Assembly: GCA_963785725.1 (NCBI GenBank)
Contig: CAWAWS010000020.1
Location: forward strand, 96,001-160,000
Length of the DNA stretch: 64,000 bases
Source: an uncultured delta proteobacterium
GTDB lineage: Bacteria; Myxococcota_A; Polyangia; Palsa-1104
Direction of reading: 5' to 3'
The notes under the pieces were generated by a model. The model ran no database searches. It saw nothing but the letters and a program-made list of their open reading frames with translations, and was not told the origin of the DNA. Below, one piece after another: positions 9,222-18,952 of the stretch (position 1 is its first letter; each line of letters starts with the position of its first letter). Both the position numbers and the translations under genes were made by a program.

Positions 9222-9884
9222 GTGAAGCTACAGCTCATCAGCCATCCCGTGTGTCCGTATGTTCATCGCTCGCTCATCACGCTGCTCGAAAAAGGCGTGC
9301 CGCACGAGCTCACCTACATCGATCTGGCCAACAAGCCCGACTGGTTCAAGCAGCTGTCGCCGCGCGGCAAGATCCCGCTCTTGGTCGTCGACGGTCAGAC
9401 GCTGTTCGAATCGGGCGCCATCAACGAGTTCCTCGACGAGACGCACGCGCCGCGGCTGCTCTCGGACGACGCCATCACGCGGGCTCGCGAGCGCGCCTGG
9501 ATCGAGGTCGCCAACGACGTCTTCGCGTCGCATTTTCGCCTGCTCTCGGCGCCGACCGCCGCCGATTACACCGCGGCGCAAGCGGCGCTCGACGGCGCGC
9601 TGGCGGCGCTCGAAGGCAGCGTGCGCGCGCCCTTCTTCGGCGGCGACCGGTTCTCGCTCGTCGACGTCGCGATGGCGCCGGCGTTCCTGCGTTTCGCCGT
9701 CTCCGAAGCGCACGGGGCGCCGCCGCTCTTGACGGCGTTCCCCAGGCTCGCCGCCTGGAGCCGGGAGCTCCTGGCGCGGCCGTCGACGACGCGCGCCGTG
9801 CCCGCCGACTTCGCCGATCACTACTTGACGCTGCTGCGCCAGCGCGGCGGTCACCTCGTCAAAGCGATCATGAAGCTCGGCTGA
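9222..9884 (+). CDS. Glutathione S-transferase family protein
   Basis: CPYVHR, KPDWF..SPRGKIP, LFESGAINEFLDE, FSLVD. Confidence 0.93.
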   Translation: MKLQLISHPVCPYVHRSLITLLEKGVPHELTYIDLANKPDWFKQLSPRGKIPLLVVDGQTLFESGAINEFLDETHAPRLLSDDAITRARERAWIEVANDVFASHFRLLSAPTAADYTAAQAALDGALAALEGSVRAPFFGGDRFSLVDVAMAPAFLRFAVSEAHGAPPLLTAFPRLAAWSRELLARPSTTRAVPADFADHYLTLLRQRGGHLVKAIMKLG

Positions 9885-9955
9885 ACGCTTACGGCGACTA
9901 CGTCTTCACCAACTGGTCGCGCAGCCGTCGACTAGGACGCGGCACACTCCGCGGC

Positions 9956-10246
9956 ATGTTGTTGCTCAAAAGCAAGATCGACCGGGCGCTGGCGTTCGTG
10001 CATGCCGCCATCGAGGATCCGACGGACGCGCCGCTGCGCGACGCCAACCAACACGCCGCCGAGGTGCTCGAGGATCTCGACACCTTCGCCATTCGCCCGG
10101 AATTACGCGGCGAAGTGGCGCAGCTGACGATCGCGCTGCAGACGCTCAAGAAGATCCTGTGGCAGCAGCCGAACGCGCTCCTGACGTCGCTGCCGCTGAT
10201 CACGCAGACCGACCGCATGGCCACGCGCACGCTGCCGTCGATGTGA
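9956..10246 (+). CDS. Small helical hypothetical protein
   Basis: 96-aa ORF with typical codon usage and amphipathic helices. Confidence 0.6.
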   Translation: MLLLKSKIDRALAFVHAAIEDPTDAPLRDANQHAAEVLEDLDTFAIRPELRGEVAQLTIALQTLKKILWQQPNALLTSLPLITQTDRMATRTLPSM

Positions 10247-10397
10247 CCGCTCGCCGACTCGGCCGCGGCGACGTCAGCGCGCGGCAAGTCGGCGAACGCC
10301 ATGCAACATCGCCGCGACCGCCAGCAATCCCGTAACAATCGGCTCAGGCAGCGGCGTCGCCGCTTGGCATTTTCCAGGCGCAGCTTCCTCATCGCAT

Positions 10398-10413
10398 GTA
10401 AACGATCGTTTAC
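10398..10413. promoter_or_regulatory. Perfect 16-bp palindrome GTAAACGATCGTTTAC (operator-like)
   Basis: Exact inverted symmetry, intergenic. Confidence 0.55.
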
Positions 10414-10729
10414 TTATCGCAGCAGCCGCGGTCGCGGCCGACGTTCAGTTACGCTCGCCGCCGCGTTTGCTCCTGATCGGGCGTATCCAATTCGATTAGT
10501 GAGTCACCGACCGGCTGCGCGAGAGATTCAGAGCTTACTGCACGCCTCGTCGAAATAGGCCCACACGAGCGCGCTGCCGCCGTCTACGTCGCTGCTCGGA
10601 GGATACAATCCGCCGACGAAGCAGGAGCTCCCGCCGTATCCGCAGCGCTTTCCTGCGACGTTGCACGGGGTCGACCCAGTGCGGCGAGTAATCGGGTCGA
10701 TATCCACGAACGCTTACGCCGTTCGACTG

Positions 10730-11566
10730 TTACAGGAAGTGAATGGGGAACGTCGGCGGCGGCAAGAACGGCGGATACATGATGGAGTCCGTCCAATCCC
10801 CGTCGAGGATGGTTTCCGTGCCCGAATAGTTACCGTAATAATCGGGCGCAATCGACAGCGCAATGCCGACGAGGACGGGGCCGTTTCCGAAGTCCTCGAG
10901 GCAAGGCCCGCCCGAATCGCCGGGCGCCAACATCGCATGCGTCGCATTCTGCATGACGTTCCAGGTGCCGGTCGTCGTATTGAGCGGGCCGGCGGTCATC
11001 GTCGCCGATAACAGATTCGTGCCCGCCGTATTGTCGATGGTGTTCTCGGAAGTCTGCTGTCCCCAGCCATAGCAGGTGACCGTGCCGCCCGGCGTCGGCC
11101 CCAACGACACTGAAGGCATGCCCCAATTCTGATGCTGCGCAGAGAACGTCGCCGGCTTGGCCAGCTTGATCAGCATCTGGTCATACGTATGCGGGCTCGT
11201 ATGATTGTTGTATTTAGGATCGAGATAGATTGCGCTCGCCTGAATCCATCCCGACGAATATTGGCTGGCTGACTGCACTTCGGTCTGCGCGGCCGTGTAT
11301 GTGATGACGCCGGCGCTGTTCTCGAAGCAGTGCGCCGCGGTCAGCACCCATTGCGGATCGAGGAATACGCCACTGCAACTGAAGCCATTGACGAGGTTGT
11401 CGCCCACGAAGACGAGCGCGTTCCATTCGGTGCTGTCGTCGGGATAGGGCACCGGCGTGCCTTTGACGATGGCCTCTTGCTCGCTCGCCGTCGGCGGCAG
11501 GCCCGTGCAGGCCGTCGCGCCCAGAGTCGGCAAACATAACAGTGCGGCCAGGATGTGTCGTTTCAC
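10730..11566 (-). CDS. Trypsin-like (S1) serine protease, probable lipoprotein
   Basis: WVLTAAHC, YDQMLIKL, GDSGGP triad motifs; GAGGAG RBS; ATAC lipobox-like. Confidence 0.92.
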   Translation of the reverse strand: MKRHILAALLCLPTLGATACTGLPPTASEQEAIVKGTPVPYPDDSTEWNALVFVGDNLVNGFSCSGVFLDPQWVLTAAHCFENSAGVITYTAAQTEVQSASQYSSGWIQASAIYLDPKYNNHTSPHTYDQMLIKLAKPATFSAQHQNWGMPSVSLGPTPGGTVTCYGWGQQTSENTIDNTAGTNLLSATMTAGPLNTTTGTWNVMQNATHAMLAPGDSGGPCLEDFGNGPVLVGIALSIAPDYYGNYSGTETILDGDWTDSIMYPPFLPPPTFPIHFL

Positions 11567-11863
11567 TGGGTCTCCTCGAAGCTGAGGAGCGCAATAGAGC
11601 ACGCGCAGCCGCGCCGCACCGGTGAGCGTGGTCACGACCGTCGTGTCGATAGTGATTCCGTAAGCTCGTGCCAGGCGTAAGAGCCGCTCGACGAAACGCC
11701 GAGCAGACATGGGACGAACACCTGGTGCGTCCTAGGTGCGTCTTTACGAACTGGAGCTCGCCGGCATCCGGTTCGCTTCCTCGACGGATCGGTCCGCTGG
11801 TTTTCTAGAGATGGCGCGCTTCCTAGCGCGGCGCCGCAAGCTGACGACGCAGTTGGCGCGCTC

Positions 11864-12529
11864 TCAAATGCCGATACCGACTTTGAGCGTGAACGTATCG
11901 CCGGTCAGGTTCTTGTAGGCCATTCCGCCGCTCGGGTTTTGCATCATCGTCAATACGTCGACGCCATGCCACGGCGAGCGCATCCAGCCGGCGGCTATCG
12001 ACAAATAACTGCGTCCATACATATACGTTTCAATGCCGGTCTCGATACCGCCGCCGTATATCCACGTCGTCGCCGATTGTCCCGAATAGGTCGTGCCCGC
12101 GACCGTCAACGCGCCTTCCAATTGTCCCGACAATATGCCGCCGACGAAGCGGCCTTCGAGGAATGGCGTGACGCGCATTGGATATTGAATGCCGGCGTTC
12201 AACCCCAATAAGCCGTAGCCGAGCTTGACCGGCGTGGTGGCGAACGTCGCGCCGCCGCCGCCGCCTTCGAGCTCGACGCCGACCCGCAGCCAACGGCGCG
12301 ACAGCGCATAAGCGTCGACTTGCGCGCCGTCGAGCCAGAGCTGTCCGCCTTGCAAGCCGCTGATCGCGAACAGTCGATAGGACGCTTTTAGGCGCGGCAC
12401 GGGCCGGTCATGCTTCGGCGTCTCGACGACGCTGCCGGCGGCCTCAGCGTCACCATCGGCGCGCGCCGTGCCGATCGTCGATAGGGAGACAATCGTCGCG
12501 GCGAGAAGAATTCGACACCATTCGCCCAT
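11864..12529 (-). CDS. Exported protein, probable small outer-membrane beta-barrel
   Basis: Signal peptide (ARA); alternating beta-strand pattern; ends FTLKVGIGI. Confidence 0.7.
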   Translation of the reverse strand: MGEWCRILLAATIVSLSTIGTARADGDAEAAGSVVETPKHDRPVPRLKASYRLFAISGLQGGQLWLDGAQVDAYALSRRWLRVGVELEGGGGGATFATTPVKLGYGLLGLNAGIQYPMRVTPFLEGRFVGGILSGQLEGALTVAGTTYSGQSATTWIYGGGIETGIETYMYGRSYLSIAAGWMRSPWHGVDVLTMMQNPSGGMAYKNLTGDTFTLKVGIGI

Positions 12530-12638
12530 GCCTGTCGGTAGCGATGGGTTCGCCGGGCGTTCACGTCACGCAGGCCATGAATGCTTCTCGACTGACGCGC
12601 GACAAACAAGGACTCGGCGATAGCTCGCGCGGCGCCGC

Positions 12639-12880
12639 TCAGGCGATCGCGGGCGCGACGAGGCGCTGGTCGCGCGGCTCCGGCATGAGGAAGTGGAGGC
12701 GGCGCCACCGCGGCAATCGCTGCCAGAACAGGCACGCGCTCCCGCTCGATGCACGATGACGCCGGCGCTGACCTGACTCACGCGACGCGCCAACGCCGAC
12801 CGCGGTCGTGATGGCGCGTCGCGTGCGGTTGAAGCGACCCGTCCCGCGCGTCACATCTGCGATGACGAGCGCGGACACGG
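12639..12880 (-). pseudogene. Frameshifted C-terminal remnant of an MFS transporter
   Basis: LVIADVTRGTGRFN..AITTAVGVGAS / SQVSAGVIVHRAG / LAAIAAVA / FLMPE spread across frames. Confidence 0.7.
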
Positions 12881-12907
12881 GATCGCGCCCGCTCGATCGG
12901 AAGAGCG

Positions 12908-13651
12908 CTAGACCTGCGCGAAGCCGCCGTCGACGAACAGCTCGGTGCCGGTCACGTAGCTCGCGGCGTCCGACGCCAGGAACGACACGGCCTTGGCGAT
13001 CTCCTCGGCGCGACCCAGACGCCCGAGCGGCACCGCGCCGGCGTACGCCGCCTCCAGCTGCGCGCCCTTCGCGCCCGTCAAAACCTCCAAGCCCGGCGTC
13101 AAAATCGGGCCCGGGCTGACGACGTTGACGCGGATCTTGCGCTCCTTCAAATCCGTCGTGAAGGTGCGCGCGAACGACCGCAAAGCGGCCTTCGTCGCGC
13201 TGTAGACGGCGTTGTTGCCGAGCCCCTTCGAGCCGACCACCGACGAGCACAAGATGACGGAGCTGCCGTCGCGCAGGAGCGGCAGCGCCTTTTGCACGGT
13301 GAAGAGCGCGCCTTTGACGTTGATGTCGAAGTGGCGATCGAACTCCTCCTCGGTGATGGCGCCCAGCTTTTGGTAGGCGGCCACGCCGGCGTTGGCGAAC
13401 ACGATGTCGAGCCGTCCTTTTTGTTTTTGGATCGCCGCCATGACGCGGTCGAGGTCGGCGAGCTTGGCGACGTCGCCGACGATGCCGGTGACGTTCTTGC
13501 CGATGGCGGCGACGGCGTCATCGAGCTCCTTTTGCCGGCGCGCCGTGATGAAGACGTAGGCGCCATCGGCCACGAACTGGTGCGCCGTGGCGAGGCCGAT
13601 GCCGCTGTTGCCACCGGTGATGAGTGCCACTTTATCGGTCAATGCGCCCAT
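12908..13651 (-). CDS. SDR family oxidoreductase
   Basis: TGGNSGIG, ANAG, YSATK, VDGG. Confidence 0.95.
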   Translation of the reverse strand: MGALTDKVALITGGNSGIGLATAHQFVADGAYVFITARRQKELDDAVAAIGKNVTGIVGDVAKLADLDRVMAAIQKQKGRLDIVFANAGVAAYQKLGAITEEEFDRHFDINVKGALFTVQKALPLLRDGSSVILCSSVVGSKGLGNNAVYSATKAALRSFARTFTTDLKERKIRVNVVSPGPILTPGLEVLTGAKGAQLEAAYAGAVPLGRLGRAEEIAKAVSFLASDAASYVTGTELFVDGGFAQV

Positions 13652-13673
13652 GGGTCGTTCTCCTTGGTGAGCT

Positions 13674-13731
13674 AATGATGATGTTTGACATCGAACGTTA
13701 TGATGATTAGTATCAGCATTAGCAATGTCAA
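13674..13731. promoter_or_regulatory. Divergent promoter region with TetR operator-like palindromes
   Basis: AT-rich; TTGACAT at 13685 and ATGTCAA at 13724; ATGATGAT-TAGT-ATCAGCAT dyad between them. Confidence 0.6.
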
Positions 13732-13750
13732 GGCACGAAGGAGCGCAATC

Positions 13751-14302
13751 GTGAAGCTGTCTAAAGAGCAAGCGGCCCGTAACCGCGAGCAGATCCTGGA
13801 CGTGGCGTCGCGGCTGTTTCGGCAGCGCGGCATCGACGCGGTGTCGGTCGCCGAGGTGATGGACGCGGCTGGCTTCACGCACGGCGGGTTCTATAATCAC
13901 TTCGCCGACAAAGGCGCGCTGGCCGTCGAGGCGGTGTTGGCGACGTTCGAGCAGTCGGTGAGCGCGCTCGAGCGGGCGACGACCGACGGCGTGGACGCGT
14001 ACGTCAAGGGCTATTTGTCGCCGGCGCATCGGGACGGCGACGGCTGTCCGGCCACGTCGCTGGCGCCGGAGGCGGCGCGGCATCCCGAGGTGCAGGCGGC
14101 GTATGCCGACGGGCTGGAGGCGATGATCGAGATGTTCGCCGAAGCGCTCGCGCGCAGCGGGCAGGTGGCGGCGCGGGAGGCGCGGACGCAGGCGGTGCGG
14201 AAGCTGAGCGAGCTGGTCGGCGCGCTGACGCTGGCGCGGGCGGTGCGGACGGCGGAGCCGAAGCTGTCGAACGAGATTCTGCGGGCGAGCCGCGAGCCGT
14301 AA
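13751..14302 (+). CDS. TetR/AcrR-family regulator
   Basis: NREQILDVASRLFRQRG..AGFTHGGFYNHFADK; GCP motif. Confidence 0.93.
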   Translation: MKLSKEQAARNREQILDVASRLFRQRGIDAVSVAEVMDAAGFTHGGFYNHFADKGALAVEAVLATFEQSVSALERATTDGVDAYVKGYLSPAHRDGDGCPATSLAPEAARHPEVQAAYADGLEAMIEMFAEALARSGQVAAREARTQAVRKLSELVGALTLARAVRTAEPKLSNEILRASREP

Positions 14303-14388
14303 CAGCGGGCGGCCGCCTGCTTTGACATCGGCGCGAGCGGCGACACCGGCGCGCCCCAAGCCGCGCACTCGCGCGACCGGCTGGGCGG

Positions 14389-15177
14389 TCACCAAACGTA
14401 GCGGCGGATTCGGTCGCGCCAGGTCGCCGCCAACGCGACTGGCCGCGGCCGGTCGGGCCGGTCGGACCCATGGAATGCCGGGAGCTCGCCTGCCGTCTGA
14501 CAGAGCTGCACCGGCGGGCCGAGCGGCTGCCGAAACACCAGCGTCGCCGCGTGGCCCGGCGGCCGCTGCCAGCGACCGGCGCGCCAGCTGACGACGCGCG
14601 GCGCGGCCCGTCCGTGCGGATGCGCCACCACCCGAACGAACGACGTCTGCGGATCCTTCAGCAGCAGCCGCACCGTCGACGACTGGCTTCGCGTGCGCGA
14701 CAACACGACGTCGCGCCCGTGCGGCGTATCGGCCGTGGCCTCGATCTGCTGCCCAGCGAGCGGTCGGGCGAAGGTCAGCTCGACGGCGTCCCAGCCGACT
14801 CCTGACAACGGCAGCTCGAAAGCGATGCTTCCGAGCGACGGCCGCCACGTCACGGGCGCGGCATAGTCCTCCTGCCATGCCAGCGCCCGCTCGCCCGGAC
14901 GATACTGATCGACGTCAATCGGCGCCGCCAGCTGCGAGGCGCCAGCCGGCAGCGCGACCTCCTTCCAGCCCGGCGTCGCGTCGGCGGGTGTCCAGCAGAA
15001 GCGCACCGGCCGACACGCCGGTAAAATGACAGCCATCATCATGAGCGGCACGGCGCGAAAGCTCGCTTGCCGGCGCAGGCTCGCGTCTTTGATGATCATC
15101 GTCATCATTGACGTGAATAATCGGAAGCGACTTCGCGGTCGCCGGCGGGGCGCGTCTTCGATGATATGCGTCATCAT
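14389..15177 (-). CDS. Hypothetical probable lipoprotein (start uncertain)
   Basis: Co-oriented just downstream of the membrane-protein gene; ILPAC lipobox-like; duplicated N-terminal segment. Confidence 0.6.
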   Translation of the reverse strand: MMTHIIEDAPRRRPRSRFRLFTSMMTMIIKDASLRRQASFRAVPLMMMAVILPACRPVRFCWTPADATPGWKEVALPAGASQLAAPIDVDQYRPGERALAWQEDYAAPVTWRPSLGSIAFELPLSGVGWDAVELTFARPLAGQQIEATADTPHGRDVVLSRTRSQSSTVRLLLKDPQTSFVRVVAHPHGRAAPRVVSWRAGRWQRPPGHAATLVFRQPLGPPVQLCQTAGELPAFHGSDRPDRPRPVALAATWRDRIRRYVW

Positions 15178-15191
15178 TCGCTCGCGGCCGA

Positions 15192-15947
15192 TCACGTGCG
15201 CGCCTGGCGGCTACGCTGGCGTAGCGCGGCGCTGCCGACGAGCAAGAGACCGGCGCAGCCGAGCACGCCGACGCGCAAGATGCCGTCGAGATGGGACATG
15301 TCGTAAAAGAGCGCCTTGGCGACGGCGAAGGTGACGACGAGCAGCCCGGCTTGCGTCAGGCGGCGCTCCCGGCGCTCGTGGCCCATGAGGTCGAGACCGA
15401 GGCCGACGACGAGCCAGGCGAGCGTCAAGATGAGCCGGCGCCCGACGTGCTCGGCGGCGACCCCGAGCGTGAAGACCCAATAATAGAGGGCGGCGGACGT
15501 CATGAGGCCGATGAGCGTCGTCGGGAAGACCACGCGCGCCGGCAGCGGTCCGGGCGCGGCCGAGAGGTAGCGACGAGCGAGCGTCGCGACGCAGGCGGCG
15601 ACGGCGATGCCCATGATCGCCAAGAGGAGGAGCGGCCGCGCCTGCGCGGGGCTCGGCTGCGCGACGTTGGCGACGACGACGAGCCACGCGCCACCGACGA
15701 CCGTGCAGCCGAGCAGCAGCGCCAGGCCGAGGTCCGGCAGGACGCGCGGGCGCTGCGTCACTTGCGCGGCGAGCGCGGCGAGCGCGGTGGCGAGCAGGAG
15801 ATAGTCGGCGTCGACGTTCAAGTCGTGCCAGACGAAGTAGCCGGCGAGCGTCAACAAGAGCGCGCCGGCGATGGCGAAGCCGCGCGCGTCGCTGCCGGTG
15901 GACGGCGCCTGACGCAAGTCGGGGTCGTGCGGGGTCGGGTTTTCCAT
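15192..15947 (-). CDS. DUF2339-like integral membrane protein
   Basis: About 8 TM segments; LTLAW..GL..AVAKALFYDMSHLDGILRV C-terminal pattern; GGAGG RBS. Confidence 0.7.
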   Translation of the reverse strand: MENPTPHDPDLRQAPSTGSDARGFAIAGALLLTLAGYFVWHDLNVDADYLLLATALAALAAQVTQRPRVLPDLGLALLLGCTVVGGAWLVVVANVAQPSPAQARPLLLLAIMGIAVAACVATLARRYLSAAPGPLPARVVFPTTLIGLMTSAALYYWVFTLGVAAEHVGRRLILTLAWLVVGLGLDLMGHERRERRLTQAGLLVVTFAVAKALFYDMSHLDGILRVGVLGCAGLLLVGSAALRQRSRQART

Positions 15948-16026
15948 GGGATCCTCCGTTGCCTCGACACGAAGGATGCGCAGCGGCTGTGGCACGACGA
16001 CGGGAACGCGGTGAATGATTGCGGGA

Positions 16027-16048
16027 CAAGTCGTGGCCAAGTTGTGGC
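16027..16048. promoter_or_regulatory. 11-bp direct repeat, putative OmpR-family binding site
   Basis: CAAGTCGTGGC CAAGTTGTGGC, about 80 bp upstream of the 15947 start. Confidence 0.55.
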
Positions 16049-16142
16049 TGCGGCAGCCGCGTGTGCGCGGCGTCGACGACCGTCCGCGACGGCAGGCGGC
16101 GCCCGTGGCGGCAACGTCGGGCCGCCACTGCCGACGGGACGA

Positions 16143-17657
16143 CTACGCCGGGACGTCGGGCAAGGTCACGGCGAAGGTCGCGCCCCGCTCGGTCGACGGC
16201 TCGAGCGTGACCGTCCCGCCGTGCGCGACGGCGATCGCCTGCACGATCGACAGGCCGAGCCCCGTGCCCGGCGCCACGCCTTCGGGACGGCGCGTGTAGA
16301 AGCGGCGAAAGATGTTCTCGCGATTGCCCGCCGACACGCCGGGACCGAAGTCGCGCACGCGCGTCACGACGCGCTCGCCGTCGCGCACGGCCTCGATGAA
16401 CACGGCGCGGCGCGCGCCCGGCTGCACCAGCGCATTGTCGACCAGGTTGCGCACGAGCTCGGCCCAGCGACGAGGCACGACCACCACTTGCCGCGCGTCG
16501 GGCGCCACTTCGGCTTGCAGCTCGACGTCGGCCCAGCGCGGATCGCGGCGATATTCGTCGACCAAGCCGTCGAGAAACGCGCGGTAGTCGAGCCGTTCGC
16601 GCGGCTCGTCGGGCAGGCTGACCTCGAGGCGCAAGAGGTCGAGCAGCGCATCGATCGAGCGACGCAGGCGCTCCACCGCTTCGGCGATATGGCCGGCGAC
16701 GAGCGCGCGCTTCTCCGGCGTATCCTTTTGCGTCGCGCCGATGAGCTCCGCCGAGGCGGCGATCGTCGCCAGCGGGTTCTTGAACTCGTGGGCGACGTCG
16801 GCGCCGAGCTCGGCCGTCTGGCGCCGTCGGGCTTCGAGATCGTGCGCCAACGACGTCATGGCGCGCGCCAAGTCGCCGATCTCGTCGGCGCGATCGAGCA
16901 GGCGCGGGTCGGCGAGCGGCTCGGCCGGATAGCGACGCGCGGCGCGCGCCAGGCGCGCCAGCGGCGTCGCCACGCGGCGGCCGAGAAAGAGGCCGAAGGC
17001 CGCCGCGAACACCAGCTCGTAGAGCGCCAGCCGCCCGAGCTCGCCGCGCAGGACGATGAGCCGACGAACGCCGCGCCGCGACCCCTTTTCGAGATAGACG
17101 ACGCCGTTCGGGCGCGGCACGGCGAGCGCGAACAGCACCGTCTCCGCCGACGGGGAGAGCCGCTCGGCGAAGGCGCGGTGACCGGCGAGCGCCTGCCGGA
17201 CTTCATCGCGCGTGGCGAGCGGGCCGAGCGCACCGTCGAGCTCGGCGAGCCGCTCGCGGGCGGCGCGCTCGTCGAGGCCGCGCTCGACCCACGCCGTGAC
17301 GCGGCCGAGCGGCGACGGCGACAGCGCCTGCTCGCTCGTCCCCGAGTCGGCGATGGCGGCGCCTTGGTCGTCGAGCAGGCGGATTTCGACGTGCTCGCGG
17401 CGGGCGACGGGCGCGATCGTCGTCGCGTCCAGCGGCGCCGCCAGCAGCGTATCGGCGAGCCGCTGCAGCTGCGCACGCTGCTCGCCGACGAGCAGCCGTT
17501 CGTAAGCGTAAGCGACGGCGACGAGCACGAGCGGCAGCAGCGCCAGCCCGAGCGCGCCGGCGTAAATGACGCTGCGCACGCTGTGCCGTGCCCGCACGCG
17601 TCGCGCCGCCGCAGTCGTCGACGTGGTCGGCGCCGTCGTAACGATGACGGTCGTCAT
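16143..17657 (-). CDS. HAMP-domain sensor histidine kinase (CreC/ChvG-like)
   Basis: Two TM segments, RADEIGDLA HAMP, VAHEFKNP, DFGPGV, GTGLGL; overlaps the regulator stop. Confidence 0.92.
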   Translation of the reverse strand: MTTVIVTTAPTTSTTAAARRVRARHSVRSVIYAGALGLALLPLVLVAVAYAYERLLVGEQRAQLQRLADTLLAAPLDATTIAPVARREHVEIRLLDDQGAAIADSGTSEQALSPSPLGRVTAWVERGLDERAARERLAELDGALGPLATRDEVRQALAGHRAFAERLSPSAETVLFALAVPRPNGVVYLEKGSRRGVRRLIVLRGELGRLALYELVFAAAFGLFLGRRVATPLARLARAARRYPAEPLADPRLLDRADEIGDLARAMTSLAHDLEARRRQTAELGADVAHEFKNPLATIAASAELIGATQKDTPEKRALVAGHIAEAVERLRRSIDALLDLLRLEVSLPDEPRERLDYRAFLDGLVDEYRRDPRWADVELQAEVAPDARQVVVVPRRWAELVRNLVDNALVQPGARRAVFIEAVRDGERVVTRVRDFGPGVSAGNRENIFRRFYTRRPEGVAPGTGLGLSIVQAIAVAHGGTVTLEPSTERGATFAVTLPDVPA

Positions 17658-18544
17658 TTATAGCGATAGCCGACGCCGAAGACGGTCTCGATCTCGTCGA
17701 AGTCGGGATCGATCGCGCGGACCTTCTTGCGGATGCGCTTGACGAAGGTGTCGATGGTGCGGTCGGTCGTGGTGACGTCGCTGCCGCGGACGAGATCGAG
17801 CAGGCGATCGCGCGACAGCACGAAGCCGCGCTCGCGCGCCAAGACCAGCAGCAGCTGCAGCTCGGAGCGCGTCAGCTCGACGGGCTGGCCGCGCCAACGA
17901 ACGGCGAAGCGGCGCAGATCGACCTGCAGCTCGCCGGCGACGACGACCTCGGCGCCGTCGCGCCTGGACCCGCCGGCGCTCCGGCCGGTCGCCGCGCCGG
18001 CGTCAGCGCGGATGGACGCGCCGGCGCCTTGGCCGGTGGTCACGCCACCGCCGTGGCCGATTGTCGCTCCGGCGATGTCGCCGCTGCTCGCGCCGCCGTG
18101 GCCGCCGCTCGTCGCGCCGCCGGTGCCGCCGCTGCTCGCGCCGTCGTGGCCGGCGGCGGCGCCAACCGCATCGGGCCTGGGCGAGACGCGGCGGTCGATG
18201 GCGCGGATGCGGGCGCACAGCTCGCGCGTCGAGAATGGCTTGGTGACGTAGTCGTCGGCGCCCATGTCGAGGCCGGCGATGCGGTCGACCTCCTCGGCGC
18301 GCGAGCTCAAGAGGATGATGGGCAATCGGCTGCGCGCGCGGATGCGGCGGCAGAGCGACAGACCGTCGAGCTCGGGCAGAAGCACGTCGAGGATGACGAG
18401 GTCGGGCGGGTCGCGCTCGATGAGACCGAGCGCGGTGACGCCGTCGTGGGCGGCGACGACGGTGAAGTCCTCCTCGGCCAGCGCGGCAGCGAGAATGCGA
18501 ACGAGGCTGACGTCATCGTCGACGAGGAGCAGCCGCCGAATCAC
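17654..18544 (-). CDS. OmpR/PhoB-family response regulator with a Gly-rich linker insertion
   Basis: LLVDDD, LDVLLP, DDYVTKPF; DRTIDTFVKRIRKK..IETVFGVGY. Confidence 0.93.
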   Translation of the reverse strand: MIRRLLLVDDDVSLVRILAAALAEEDFTVVAAHDGVTALGLIERDPPDLVILDVLLPELDGLSLCRRIRARSRLPIILLSSRAEEVDRIAGLDMGADDYVTKPFSTRELCARIRAIDRRVSPRPDAVGAAAGHDGASSGGTGGATSGGHGGASSGDIAGATIGHGGGVTTGQGAGASIRADAGAATGRSAGGSRRDGAEVVVAGELQVDLRRFAVRWRGQPVELTRSELQLLLVLARERGFVLSRDRLLDLVRGSDVTTTDRTIDTFVKRIRKKVRAIDPDFDEIETVFGVGYRYK

Positions 18545-18952
18545 ACCAGCAGCATAACACGGCGCGGCATGCGTCGCCGGGCCAAGCCGCAGACGTCCGA
18601 CGGCGCGTCGACAGTATCCGGCCGGTCCGAGCTTGGCGCCGACTGAACACGAACCGCCTAGCAGGAGCCGGAGAGAAGCGGGCGAGCGCGCGCCACGACG
18701 AGCCTGTCACCCTTGGCCTGCTCTCTTTGGCCCCGCGGATGATTTTTGCACGCAACAGATGATCCCTGAACATCTGCAGCATCGAGACGTATCACTCCGA
18801 TTCATCGTCCGCGATAGCCACTATTTCGATTGATCACCGACGGGGTTGAAGAGCGCCAGAAGCCGCCGTTGTCGACCAAGTGGAAGCGGCGGTCGTACGC
18901 GCGTTCGCATGCTCGAGATTTGCGACGCCTGCAATCAGAGGAATCGCGAGTC

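Noticed and set aside
11658..11675. sigma54 promoter for the trypsin gene (TGGCACG match)
   Set aside because: The -12 GC is missing at the required spacing
12908..14878. 656-aa ORF as a large SDR fusion
   Set aside because: The N-terminal part is antisense to the TetR gene; the real start is 13651 with an AGGAG RBS
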